Assembly (NCBI GenBank): GCA_011109175.1
Contig: RDEW01000022.1
Location: 642,273-706,272, forward strand
Source of the DNA: Dicyema japonicum
Lineage: Eukaryota; Animalia; Dicyemida
DNA length: 64,000 nucleotides
Reading direction: 5' to 3'
Shown here piece by piece: positions 12,828 through 25,431 of this stretch; the first letter of the stretch is position 1, and each line of letters begins with the position of its first letter. Below the pieces are notes generated by a model that was given only the letters and a program-made list of their open reading frames with translations, was not told the origin of the DNA and made no database searches. Both the position numbers and the translations under genes were made by a program.

Positions 12828-15722
12828 CTATGAGTCAAATTTAACAGCCTCGTCGTATTCTCGTCTTAATTCCTTTAGATATAACCTCATTGAGTTTTCA
12901 TCAAGAGCAGAGTTACCTTTAGCAATATCCTTTAGTTTAATAACCAGCCTCATTTTTGCCCTTTTCACTTTAATAGCATTAATATGTGAAATGTCCTCAT
13001 TCTGAATATAAAAATAATAAATACTTCTATGTCACCCATAGTCTCTGAACATTCCCTAGCAGTTACTATTATTTCAGAGGGCAGACTGGTCATTGAAGCC
13101 AAAGTAATGCCTAATAAGTGCAACCACAACCATAATCAGTCGATGTACTTTTCCCCTTTTCAAGAGAGCTCTTAAATACAAAAGTAGGTATTCCAATACG
13201 TTGTGAGGTAACAAAGTAATAGCTCTAATAATAAACAGAGTAACTTTTCAACACAAGGATTGATATCTTCCAAAAGACAGACCTTATCAATATTAGTAGC
13301 TATTAACACAATCGACTAAATTATTGAAAATTATACCCCTAATTTACACAACTCTTCCAATATAGAAATACAAATGAGCGCTCCAGCCATCTGGTCACTT
13401 ACTGTAATAAAAAAAGAGAGTACAGCAGTATAATTTATCAATAAAGACATACGAGTTATTTCCACATGACCTGAGTTATCCTGACATTTGTTGCATCTAA
13501 ATTATTATTATATATAAACATCTTTCTAATGTGGAAAGTGACGATTCAGTCTCTGATTGACCACAGTAAAATAAAATTTGATTAGCAAATTTGAAGCATG
13601 CATAATCTGCGGGTCAAACAACCCAAGTTGAGTCATTATTAGTAGAAGGGCCACGTGTATTAAATAAGTTGTTTTCCCACTCTTTTCTGACACAATCATT
13701 ACCATGTTACATCCTCCTTTAATGTGGATTCGGTTACTCTCAGTGATGTCCTATATATGATTAATTAACAAAAAGTATGATCGGGGACAAAATTAGAATC
13801 GATTCTGTCGATAATTGGATGTCTTCTATTCCTCAATACAATGAAAAATGATAATTCAGGACAAACTATATGATTACAGTACTAATCATAGTCAGAAAGG
13901 GTGCAAACCTGGGAGAAAGAGTATAACAAATCCAATTCAGCAACAGACTCTTCCAATGAGTAGAGACAGCCAATCTGAGAACGAATACCCACAACATAAG
14001 GGAGTAAAACACTTATTAAATAGACAACTACTTACTTGATTGTTTGTACATTTCATTGAGGGATTCTCTCAGTCGGACTATATTATAGTTAACAAACAAC
14101 TATTCAATTTAATCTACTAATAATATAACATAGAACCATGTCGACTATATAACAAGTTATACTGTTTTTGTGCGTAAATACTTTGACAAAGACTGGGGGA
14201 AGAGATTGTTTCTTAGTGGCAGTAAAGTGAATGTAGTAACCACGTGCTTCATTGTACATTAGTTTGTATTCTGGAAGGACATACTGACTAATTATAAGAC
14301 GAGTATATTCTATGTGATTCAATCAAGTACCTTTGATGTCCTCTGAGACTTCCGAGTAAGTCATAATGGCTAAATCCAGCATAACATCAAGATTGGGCTG
14401 ATTGTAAACTAAAATTACTCTAATTGACGATATTATTAGTGGCATTTGTTCTGAAAAGTTGTCGTGGAATATTTTGTCCAGCCAATCGTTAATCACTCCA
14501 TATCGTTCATCTTTGAGATTCTTTGTGTTTGTTATTAATACTTGTCTCTGCCTTTGAAAGATGTATTCGTTCTTTACTTTTTCGAGACACTCTTCCAGTC
14601 GAGGAAGAAAAGTCAGTGTTATTCTCAGGTTTTTTAGAGCAATGAGGATCGACTTTGCAGTTTTAACCTACAATGAGAGTGAGGTTGACTAAATCCTGAC
14701 GAGAACAGCAAGTCACAATTGTGGATATGATTCGTTCGGTGTGCATAAATTTGGGTAATAATCGTTGGAGGAAAAAAAATAGATCCTGATTGTTTGTGAG
14801 TTCCTCCACAACATCCTGTCGTTCCATGTTGTCCCGTATTCTATGTGAGTAAGAATTCTACCGAAGGATGGCTGAAGATATTAGCACGCAGTAATCTAAA
14901 CCCAGACTTTGTTCTGGTGTGGTTGAGGACGGAAAGCAAGTCGAGTTCTTTTTCGCGTCTCTGAGATAGTACAAAAGTTCTAAATTGTGAGCAGTTTTAG
15001 AATCTAATTACAGTTAAATACAAACCAATGAGAGTTGTGTTAGTGACTGTTTAAACTCTACCTTGAGTGATGAGTTGTGGAAAGTCAAATTGTAGTAAGA
15101 TTCTAGATAACACAACAGTGCATTAGCAGCAGCAAGTGCATAGTATCAAATATAATCAATTGTTACTTATTCTCCACTTGGTCGACCACATGGAATAATT
15201 TCTCATTACTAGTTTTGTTATCTTGTCCATTCCTGCAATCACTATTAAATAAAACCCAAACATTAGGAAAATAAATCCTATAGATAAATTGAATTTAGAT
15301 TCACCCATATTCTCCCTTATTACATTCACTGCGTTTATCTTGGTGGACATTTTGGAACAACAAAAGCACTTGGTTGCAAAATGTTGCAGTAGGTTATTAA
15401 ACAGGAATAACAGATTGTTCAAAAGTTTGAATGAGAGTGAGAATGGAACACTCTTTAGGCTCAGTTGAGGCAATTCCAACTTCAACACTTGGCAGAACTC
15501 TCCTTCGCTTATTTCTAATAAATTTAAGATATATATTACCTAGAATTGATTTTGTGGTATTTTCGGTTATGGTTGGCTTTTTACTCAATGTGACTGGTTG
15601 TTCTGTTCTATAGCCTTATACTTTAACTATCTCTTTGAATGAATTAATGTTGGAAAGTGATGTCGGATTGAAAGTTAATAATTCATTAAAATCTAATTAA
15701 AACCCACATTACCGTATTCCAT
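12828..15722 (-). pseudogene. MSH4: MutS homolog 4 (meiotic), full length, ~20 micro-introns, disrupted as assembled
   Basis: VEVGIAS, YYALAAANALL, IDSKTAHNLELL, VLNHTRTKSGFRLLRANI, AELDLLYSF, RHPII, GCNMSGKTTY, DYGITLA and C-terminal LDENSMRLYLKELRREY (MSH4-type). About 10 single-base frameshifts, one in-frame TAA (13476-13478) and several non-GT donors. Confidence 0.88.
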
Positions 15723-15839
15723 TTAAAAATATTTCCCTCCTAATAAATATAATTTATTTAAAAATAAGTTTAATTTTAAAAAAGAAAATTTTGTTTATTT
15801 ATTATCTCCTGGTATTTGAAGGTAACCGGTGTATAACAG

Positions 15840-17930
15840 GAATATCCTACCAAGGGTGGACGCTCGCAAATATTCGTTAGATATATAGCGCATAACTCAA
15901 AGGCTGGCTCGTACAAGAGAAGAAGTGGTATTCTGGTCATCTAATAGGCAGAAAGGGCAAAGCCGATTGTCAGATTCTTTAAAGCTTATAAATCCATATA
16001 TTGACCGCAACAGAGACGCGTTCAAATGAAATATAGCTACAATATTTATAAGAGTGGTTTTCTGGAATAACCTCATGTCCGCCCTGAGCAAGCAGAACAC
16101 CCTCACGGGGATACGAAAAATGCTTCATAACTCTGAGAGCACCCTTGCGATGACTTGGAGAACAAGAACTTTTTAAGTAAACTCACGAAGTATTATTCCT
16201 CCGTGAGTTTTATTCCGCACAAGAAACTCGAATTTGATCTTTCATTTATCAAACCCAAGAGAGACGTCACCACAATTGTTCTCTCAGTGGAGAATGTGGG
16301 GAAAATCTAATTCAATCTAATTCAGCCAGCTGTAGTTCAATCTACAGTAATGGAAAATATAGGCCCTATCCTTTTCCTCACCCGAATTTTCAATCCACAT
16401 GTACTTTATCTCATCCGCATGGAAGTTATCTAATATACGGCCGATTTTGAAACCAGGAAGGTAAAGGTCTCACCGGCCTCGTTCAGACATTATCTTTCTT
16501 GTTTGCCTCCTCAAAAATATAGATTAGGTAATTCTCGAGCAGATTAAACATTACCTTCTCATGTATTTTTTCAACATGGGTTAAATAAAGATCAGTCTAC
16601 AACAACTCACCTTACATCCCTAACAAAATTCATCAATGAGGGCAAACCTTGTTATTAAAAGTCCTCTAATATGCTCCATTGACATACAGAAGGCTTTTGA
16701 CTCCCAAGGAAAAAATTTAAAAGAAAGATGTTTATTTCTGATATTCTTAACAGATTTACAATTTTGATTGCAAGCTTCTTTAGCGGACGAGATAAAGGGT
16801 AGTTGCATGTTCCATAATAATAGCACAAGAGACCACGGTTACACAAACTAACTAATCAAGTATCCCAGCACGCTCTAGCAGGAACCTCATCATAGCCCGA
16901 TGCTCCTCCCTCGACCCCTTCGCAGTCACGTCACGACTGCGCGTTCCATAGTTCATTCGTATCATCAAAAGGCATTGGTGGCTGCAACTCTCCATAAATT
17001 CAGCGTTCCGTGATTTTATGGGCTCTTTTTCGGCTATCCTCGATCTTCAAGATATTTGTTCAAGAGATGTATGGGCCTCATATACCACATGGATAAGAGA
17101 TGCATGGTTCAATATATTGTTCATATGCTCAAAACAGTATGATCTCCGTTCTTCCAGAAGTCTGTGAGGCATTTCAAAATATTGGTTTTCTTTTCGCATT
17201 TTGTTTGAAGTTTTCAACATGAGGCGAGAATGACATGTGCATGTCAAAAGTCACCCCAAAGATCCTTTGAGATCTTCTAAAAGGAATAACTTCATTGTTT
17301 GTCATCAGTTCGACCGTCCGTCTTCCCGGTCTCTTGTCTGAAGTAAATAGGGTTGTGACGGATCTATCACTATATTTCTGCCAGACGGTGTCCCATAGGG
17401 ATGTCATCCATTTTGTTCAACCTCTTCCTGAACGATATACCCCCAATACCAACGGCAATAAACTAGTTTTTGCATATGCTGAAAATAAAATCATCGTATC
17501 AAGAGACCAGTATGTTCACGTTGCTACTTACAAAATTTATATGAAAAACCTATTATACACAAGCCCTGAAAAATCATGCACAATGATTTTTTACCTAAAA
17601 TAGAAAACTAAATAACACTCTACAACAGACAATCAGCTATAATTGTGCTGCATTAAGTTAAACTTGTCTGATACAAATATAAAGATCCAAGTCTTTCAGA
17701 CAATAGTCACTAGAACTTTACAAAAGTGCTCCACATCGCTGTAAGACCAATTCTTTTAATTGTTAGGAGAACCAAAGTTTCCAGAGGTAACACGTGCAAA
17801 TGGGATGTGCGTCAGATCGAATTTATTTCAAAAACCAAAGGTAAAACCAAAATACCTTATCCCTTGATCATGACGCTTTCCAGTAGAGGATCCAGGGAGC
17901 GAAATAATCTCCCGGTGGAATAAAGAGATG
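15840..17930. mobile_element. cluster of decayed LINE fragments on both strands
   Basis: Zinc-knuckle-like LCPFC (minus strand); RT motifs SIDIQKAFDS, IFGVTFD and AYAE. Confidence 0.7.
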
Positions 17931-18749
17931 GAACCTTTGAATGCTGGCCAGGCATTAGGCGTCTTCTGTGTAAAGTGCATTAGGTTAAATTTTTATTCCA
18001 AGACCACAGGTAAACCGAAAAGCAAACTAAGTGATCCCGAAAAGTTGAATTCAGACTCTCAACTTGGTTCTATGACCTCTCTTGATCCTATACAAGTTCG
18101 CTGGGTTTGGTTTGTATCCTGATCACGTTGGATTTGGCCTCCTCCGTTATTCCTTCGGATTAGATGTCAAAAGGCGTTTGCATTATGTTCTTTTAGTCGT
18201 AGACCACTTTTTGTCAGTTCAAAAGCATTTTTTATTTAACTACGGTTTTTTAAGCATTAGTCGAAGGTCTCCAGGAGGCACATGCATAGGAAATGCATGA
18301 GTGAATATATTGCGAGTAAACATAGTCCAGTTACACATTTCCGACATTCTCAAAAATAGTCGGTTCTCATTTAACCACATAAGTAAACGGTTCGGATGAT
18401 ATTGTATTCTCACCTTGGCAGCCTGGGCGTCTAGTGATGCTATGGATATCGGTGAACGATGGGGTACCCCATTAGGAAATAGCCGAGAGAGTGATCTAAT
18501 GTTCCCAAGGCGGACTCGTCCCCGGGCGCTAAGAAAACTATGCCTAAAATAACAGCACTAGAGGGAAGATATGTAATAGTGAGAATTAATTTTATAATAT
18601 TTATTGGTGGCAGTCTGTTGTCATAATTTGTGATAATAGGTCAATTCTTTGTTCAATTAATGACCCCCACTCAATCAAATGATACTTCCAAGCCACAATT
18701 AAGTTTGCATTCTGAAAACCAGGAGTGATCAACATTAAATAGAATTTAC

Positions 18750-19900
18750 CGACTCTTAAATAAAATGATTATATACTCTGTATTAAAACAGTGACAATTT
18801 GATGAAACTCTTTTTGTCCAAATATCTGCTGAATACTTCGCCTTCCCCCTATTTGGTCGATAAACTTGGGTAATTTCAGTTCTGAGTTTAACCCAGGAAA
18901 TATTCTTTTGTATTTCCATAACAACTCCTCGGAAGACTAAAAATATTAATATTTCTAACCATATACACTGCTGCATAGTTCTTCCATTTTTACTGCCTTA
19001 TTTCTCCTACAGAGAAGGTCACAACTCTTTGTCTCTACCATGTTGCTACAGGTTACCTCTTATGATCTTCCTGAAGTAGTAAATTTTCCCAATAAATTTA
19101 TATGTTTTGTTAAACTGTATAAATATAATGTTGGGGTCATTTACTTTATTCCTGCTGTTTTTGTTAATCACAATCCCGTATAAATTTAATAAATAACACA
19201 ATTTTTTGAATTTGCAAGGACTTTTGTTGAGTTGGGATTCATTTTGGGATAAAAATGAAATTTCAATTTCTGTGATTCCCTCACAGACATTATTTTGGCA
19301 TTTGTTCCGAAATATAAACAAGTTCTTTTTCTCATCACTGCCGAGTTAAGACAGTCTTTCAATAACTCGGGGACAAATGATTGTTTGACCCTGAAAATAT
19401 TGTCTTAATCACGTAAATCAGACATTTTGAGGAAACTGGGTAATCCTCCAAGGAAATATCGCAGACCACTGGTAGTCTATGATTGTTAATGATAGGGAAA
19501 AGCAAGCCAAACATGGTGAATGCATTCATTTGTCTGAGTATAAGCGGTGAGTAATGAATGTAGTTCCATTAAGTGCGTCGATTAGTTTGGAATAACTTTT
19601 AAGAACAATCAAAAACTCTTGAAACAGTTAAGTGGTTTGCAAGGCATACCATGGAAATATTGCATTAGTCTTTTTGTTGTTGAGTGCAATTCGATAATTC
19701 TGTCTATTTGTGGTAATTTATTGCAATACTTATAAATCTGCTATATTTATATGATAGATTACCCACCAAATTGATCTATTCCACTATCTTGCCTCATTAT
19801 GGTTGATTCCTAATGCTTTCCTACTCGCGATCGTGGACGAGAAAACCTTAGTTGTAAACAAAGTGCACGAAGGATCCGGGTTCTCGTCCATCTGTTAGTG
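18750..19900 (-). CDS. unidentified, probably disrupted gene with micro-introns
   Basis: Two ORFs (18746-18976, 19046-19321) plus upstream coding-like blocks with candidate short introns; no family recognised. Confidence 0.25.
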
Positions 19901-20030
19901 TGATAATAATAGGTCTTTTAAATACCTTTAAACCTTATCAAAAAATTTGGCATTATCATACTAATTTTTACCCCCTACATGCAAATAATAATATTCGCAC
20001 TTTCAGAGGAGCCATATCAGTCATCGCTCT

Positions 20031-20205
20031 CCTCAGGCAGAACACGCACTTTATTTTAAGCAAAGAACAGTTATAATAGCTAATCGAGGGAGATCAAGGA
20101 ACACTCTTCACTCCTTTGTTTTCTTTTTCTTGGGTGTATATTCTTTATAGACGATCCGGTTCCGCAGTGAAGTTCACTGATGACGGCGTCACTCGTCAAG
20201 CCAAA
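20031..20205 (-). mobile_element. 5'-truncated copy of the tRNA-derived SINE
   Basis: Reverse complement contains gacgagtgacgccgtcatcagtg..tcactgcggaac and taaaataaagtgcgtgt, matching the copies at 27207 and 56590. Confidence 0.85.
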
Positions 20206-21079
20206 GCCCTACATGTAATAACCATTAAAACCGTGCAAAACAGATCCTCTCTCACTCGAGATAGTCTTAGTGTAATCTTATAATTAATTAGTAATAAAAT
20301 CTAAGGACAAATATTTGAATTATAATACTGTTATTCATATGGCCAGCATGCCTAAGCAGATAAATCCATTTGATTATAATCTCTAATCTATTAATTCCAT
20401 GAATAGACTACTCTTAATAAGTCGATTATCAAGCTTTTAACACAAAAAATTATTAGAGAACTGATGTTTTTCTGTTACAAGAGTGCGAACATAAGAGCAG
20501 TAGTGTGACACTAAAGTTTCCAGAATATTCGGTGATTTGTCTTGACATTAATTGAAAATTTGATGGTTGCCTTCTAATTATTACATGAAATAGGACTTTC
20601 TACCAAGACATTGCCGAACATGTCAGTACTCGAACTGATAACTACGAAAATCCGTCTTTCACAACTCTCGTTTATATTGACCGCTAACAAGCTCCTCCTA
20701 GAATTTCATCTCTTACATCACTCAAGAACGTGCCTATTCATGAAGACTTGAGTATTTGGAAAATCGAACAAACTTGCCAATGATTCACCCTCTTACTAAT
20801 TTATACCTCCATTCGATAGATCAGTTAGCAAAGATTGAGGTAATGACTATTCAACAAAATTTATACTTTGTTCCATTATGGATTAAAGCGCTCGTTTTTA
20901 TTTATTCTCATAAGCACGGACAAAATGTCGGATTCAAGATACATCAGAAATTTTAAGCTCTGAAGAATGAAAGTGGGGGTTTATATAGGTCAAATCTTGG
21001 CCAGCCCAAAATTAAATAAATTTTGATGATTTATTATATTCCTTCAATCTCCCAATATTAGTTTACCATTTTAATCATA

Positions 21080-21990
21080 AACAGCGGTTCACCTGTTGCT
21101 ATGGTGGCGCTCAGTGCAAGTTCTGAATAGTAGAGTGCCGTTCGACTTCCCTACCCTTCTACGACCTTCAGAAGGGCGGTCTACCAATTCCCCCGCTTTC
21201 TCTTTATTACTTCTGTCTGGTTATGTATAATCTAATCCGGGACCCGACTCTAAACTGATTATACTGCAATTAAATGTAAATGGAATCCACAATAAAGTGT
21301 TGGAACTACGCTCCCTCTTATCCCACTTGAATGTGGACATTGCCATCATTCCAGAATAGAAGCTCTCCAGAACATCCCCAACCCCTTGTTTTCCTGGATA
21401 TTGTGTACTTCGCAACGACCGGACAAGAAGTCTCGGAGAAGGATTATTGTCCATAGTTAATGATGGACTTAAATTTACAGATGTTACTCCATTTATATCT
21501 TCTCTCTGCGAAAAAGATTTAATTCAGGAACAAATTTCTATTGAAGTATCCTTTTACCGACGAGGTGTTTTACATTGTGTATTGTCTATATCCAGCCTCA
21601 AGGGTCGTGTAATACTTCCTATATCCCCAACCTATCGAGATTAGGTTGACTGAACTTATACGCGAATCCAGAAGATCCTTGGAGTGACATTCGACTATCT
21701 TATGACGTTCTCCAGTCACACGGAGGATGTGTGAACCAAAGGTCTTCGAAAATGGAACGTTCTAAAAGCTAGTATAAAGAAGAGTCCCTTCCCACCTACT
21801 GCTTGTATCAGCAAACTATATCTTCAAGTTATTGTGCTGATGATTTAATATGCCTGTTCTGTTTGGAGATTCGCTCTTCTCCCTTCGAGGGTTTGAACTA
21901 TCAGACGGAAGATCATGCGACATATGCAATCAGACACCATATCCATCCCCAGTCTCCTTCCAGAGGCGGCAACGTTGAGAAATGGGCAGG
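21080..21990 (+). mobile_element. deleted APE-type LINE with degenerate 2A-like motif
   Basis: LLLLSGYV*SNPGP, LQLNVNG, FPGYCVLRNDR and ILGVTFD. Confidence 0.8.
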
Positions 21991-22103
21991 GCATCCTACG
22001 TATGTGCACGGAGTTATGAAACCCATTCAGAGAAAGGGCGGCTCATGCAGAGGAATTCAGATTGATAATAAGCAAGATGGAGTTAGTATAATGAGTGATA
22101 AGT

Positions 22104-23155
22104 TTAAATAAATGTCCCCGTGATAGTTTCGGCAGCTCTTATGACTTTCAATTCCATTTCTTTGTCCATTGCATATCTTGAGGGAGAGCTCACAGAACAG
22201 TTCTCCAAATACTTTCCCGATACATCCTTTAGCGTCCCATCAACCACCGCATAAATCACAGTCTGGGCCCCATCTTTCGGAGTCTAAGAGAATTAAATAA
22301 ACGCAGACCATTCCAAAAACACGTGCAAGAAACTGTGCCAAAGAAGTAAGGGGAAAGTTTTCGAAAAAATTAGTATTGACGGTGCCAGGGTGGACTGAGT
22401 TAAAGGTGACTGCTAACTTACACGAAAAGGTACCATTTTGTTTGAAATTATCAGTCATATGCTGACAAAAGTATATTTGACAAAGTTTGCTGTTTCCGTA
22501 TTGCTTGAATGCTTTGAAGATGTTTCCACTGAGAAGTTCAGAATCCATACTACCGGATATCTTATGTGCCATCGATGTAACAAAGACAACCCGACTGGGC
22601 TCCCCCATAACTAGTCTGTCTACAAGTAATAACGACAAATACCTAACAACAGAAGGGTAAGCAAGAAGGGTGAGAAAAAGTTAACTTGCATTACAGTTTC
22701 GAGATTATCCTCAGTCTTGACATGTTTGAATACTAAGTTAAATAATATAATAGCACGTGTTAGTCCAGCATTGTTGACAAGGGCGTAAATTTCTTTCTCC
22801 CTCTCGCAAACTTGGTCTGCAAACCTTCTAACAGAGTCGAATGATGCCAGATCAAGAGGAATTACAGATATATTATCATTTCCACTCAATTCCGCAATTT
22901 CCTCAGCAACATGTTCAGCAACTGAGACGTTGATACAACCCATTATCACCTTGGCACCCCTTTTAGCGAGATCCTTAGAAATCTCGTATCCGATACCTGC
23001 CGGATTTATTACCTCTTACTACCTATTGCTCCACCTGTGACTATCACAGTCTTCCCTGATAAATCGGCATTACTATAATATCTTTTGGGGGATTTCCTAA
23101 ACAGAAGGAAATACAGCGTGATAAAACAAGCAATAATAAACAGACAGGTCAACAT
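22104..23155 (-). CDS. retinol dehydrogenase 11/12/13/14-like short-chain dehydrogenase, 5 introns of 21-26 nt
   Basis: N-terminal hydrophobic anchor, GKTVIVTGGAIGIG, LDLASFDSVRRF, VNNAG, YGNSK, VHPG and TPKDGAQT; clean frame after splicing. Confidence 0.92.
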
Positions 23156-23217
23156 CAAAATATAAATTAAAAAGAAATTAGTAATTTTAAAAATATTAAT
23201 AGTTCAATTATCGAAAT

Positions 23218-24331
23218 TTAAAAATGAATAAATTCATCATAATAAAGCTCAATATCTGATTTTTTAATTTCAACCTCTTCGTATTCATCAAAGTTGGTTG
23301 TGTCCCAGGGACCGTGAACCATTGGTAAATAATTAGGTCGGATCTGACTTATCAGTTATTAGAACCTGTTTATTATATATTTTGATCCAATTTACTTCCG
23401 AGAACCACACGTGCGCCTTAACTTCTATTGAGTTCTTTGTTAGGTTTCCGTAGCGGAATTTACTCTCTGAGTTGAGGAGGCCAACAATCAAATTACTCAT
23501 CTGACGACTGAATGAGGAGGGAATGTGGATCTAAATATGGTTTACTGTTAACTTGTCCTCCAATGATCTTTTCATATGTCTGAAGAGAGTTCTGTCCGTA
23601 AAATGGTGGAATCCCAGCAGCCATCTCAAATATAAGGATTCCCAGTGCCCACCAGTCCACAGCTGATGTATAACCCTAATTTAAAATAAAACTATTTACG
23701 AGAAATTAAAATTATACTTTACTGAGTATTATTTCTGGAGCTAGGTACTCAGGAGTCCCACATAATGTATATGTGCAGTTTTCTACTCGTTTGGCGAATC
23801 CAAAGTCTGCAAGCTTTATGTATCCGTCTTGGGCTACAAGGATATTCTCAGGCTTCAAATCCCTATAGATTATGCTCAGTGAGTGGAGATATTCAAAGGC
23901 CAGTATAATCTGAGATGCGTAAAACCGAGAGTGGTCCTCACTGAAATATAAAAGATCTCCACCTTATGCATTTGAAACTCCTGAGAAGAGAAAATAGTTC
24001 CCCACCTGCTACGTATTCCTGGAGAATGTAAAGGTTGCAATTGTCCTACAAACTAGGATATAGGGGGAGACTTTGAAAGTTGATCGGAAAGAGACGATGA
24101 AAGGGAAAGAAACCATGTTGAGGATCTTCTTTTCATCCAAAGTATGTTCAATCTGTTTCATAGTAACAATCTAGGGAATAACTAAAGTCAATTCCTTTGT
24201 TTTTTCAAGTATTTTCAACGCAAAGAAATCTCCTGATGCTTTTCTTTGAACAAGGGAAACTCTGCCAAAGGAGCCAACTCCAATGGTCCTCACAAACTTA
24301 AATTCTTCTATTTTAGACCTCAGTTCGAATT
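23218..24331 (-). CDS. PKA-C: cAMP-dependent protein kinase catalytic subunit; first exon not located
   Basis: [64 protein letters not shown] and C-terminal FIHF. Six internal introns, one of them GA-AG. Confidence 0.93.
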
Positions 24332-24629
24332 CTGTAAATAAAATAAAGCTAAGGAATGTGAGCAATAATGTATAAATGAACATTATATTAAAGGAAGCTA
24401 TCAGTTTTACGTAAGCAAATTTATTTATAATACGATCAATATGCATTGATTTGCGTATCAAGGACAAGTACATACTATTATTTGTACTTCATCAATGTGT
24501 CCACCATACAAGATCATTAAGAGTTAATTAGTGTGACACGAACGGGACCTTAGTTAATACAACGTTCTTTGGTTGTGAAGGTGCTTTTAATAATAAGAGT
24601 TAATTATAAAATTATTAACATTAGTAATC

Positions 24630-24890
24630 AGTCGTTCTTAGTTAGTTAATTAAGTAGCCCAGCCTCACTAACTTGTAGGAGGCCAGCAGCTATTAAGTAG
24701 TACGCAGCAGATGTTGGTCGATCCATAGATCGGTCAGTTCCGGCATTGTGGAAAAATGTTGTGCCAATTCATGACATTGAAATAGGTGATTTGTTGTCAG
24801 CACGTGGAGGTTGCAAAAAGGGCAGAGTACATCATATGCTGGTCGTTCTTGTTGACCACCAATTTAAGGGACTTGGGGGTAACAATGTTT
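24630..24890 (-). mobile_element. LINE 3' end with zinc knuckle
   Basis: DVLCPFCNLHVLTTNHLFQC followed by a (TAAC)n-like tail. Confidence 0.6.
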
Positions 24891-24951
24891 ATGGGGATAT
24901 AATCTTAGTTTATATTAATTAATATTATAATTTAATATATTTAATTATATT

Positions 24952-25431
24952 ATGTCACGTTATGGGCCAATTCAGAAAGTCAGCAGCTTCATTGTGGATC
25001 TTCGTCCTGTTGATAAAATTTATAGAATGGAACTTGCTGAGCAGTGCAGGAAGCTCAGTCTCAGAGGAGTAAAATCAATACATTGTTCATATGATCCTTT
25101 TATTAACGGAAATAAATCTCTACGGTTTTATTTTTCACCTTTGATGAAATAGTGAGTTTATATTTCAACTTTCTTCTCGAAGAGTTCTCATGACAAATCC
25201 CACGTGTGCTCAACGTGTGTCTTTAGCGGAGAATCGTCAACTCCCTTTGGCTCAGATTGAATTTAGTTTTGCATGTTATTTAAAGTAGACAACTCCCATA
25301 AATACCACATTTCAACTGAGAATTTGGACACACGTGAGTTAGTTAATGAGTTCCTTGATGCCTGTTTAATCCATGTTCCCAAAGAAGTCGAAATTCAGCA
25401 GGTCTTTACAAGATTGCAAAGGAAAAAATAA
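24952..25431 (+). CDS. MRPL53: mitochondrial ribosomal protein mL53, 2 introns of 28 and 23 nt
   Basis: LSLRGVKSIHCSYDPF...SLREFIFQLSSRRVLMTNPTC...STENLDTRELV fits invertebrate mL53; clean spliced frame. Confidence 0.8.

Noticed and set aside
20170-20205. Hammerhead ribozyme in the SINE (CTGATGA followed by a hairpin)
   Set aside because: The required GAAA after stem II is absent in the copies examined (CAAG/CAAA), and no stems I/III are evident.
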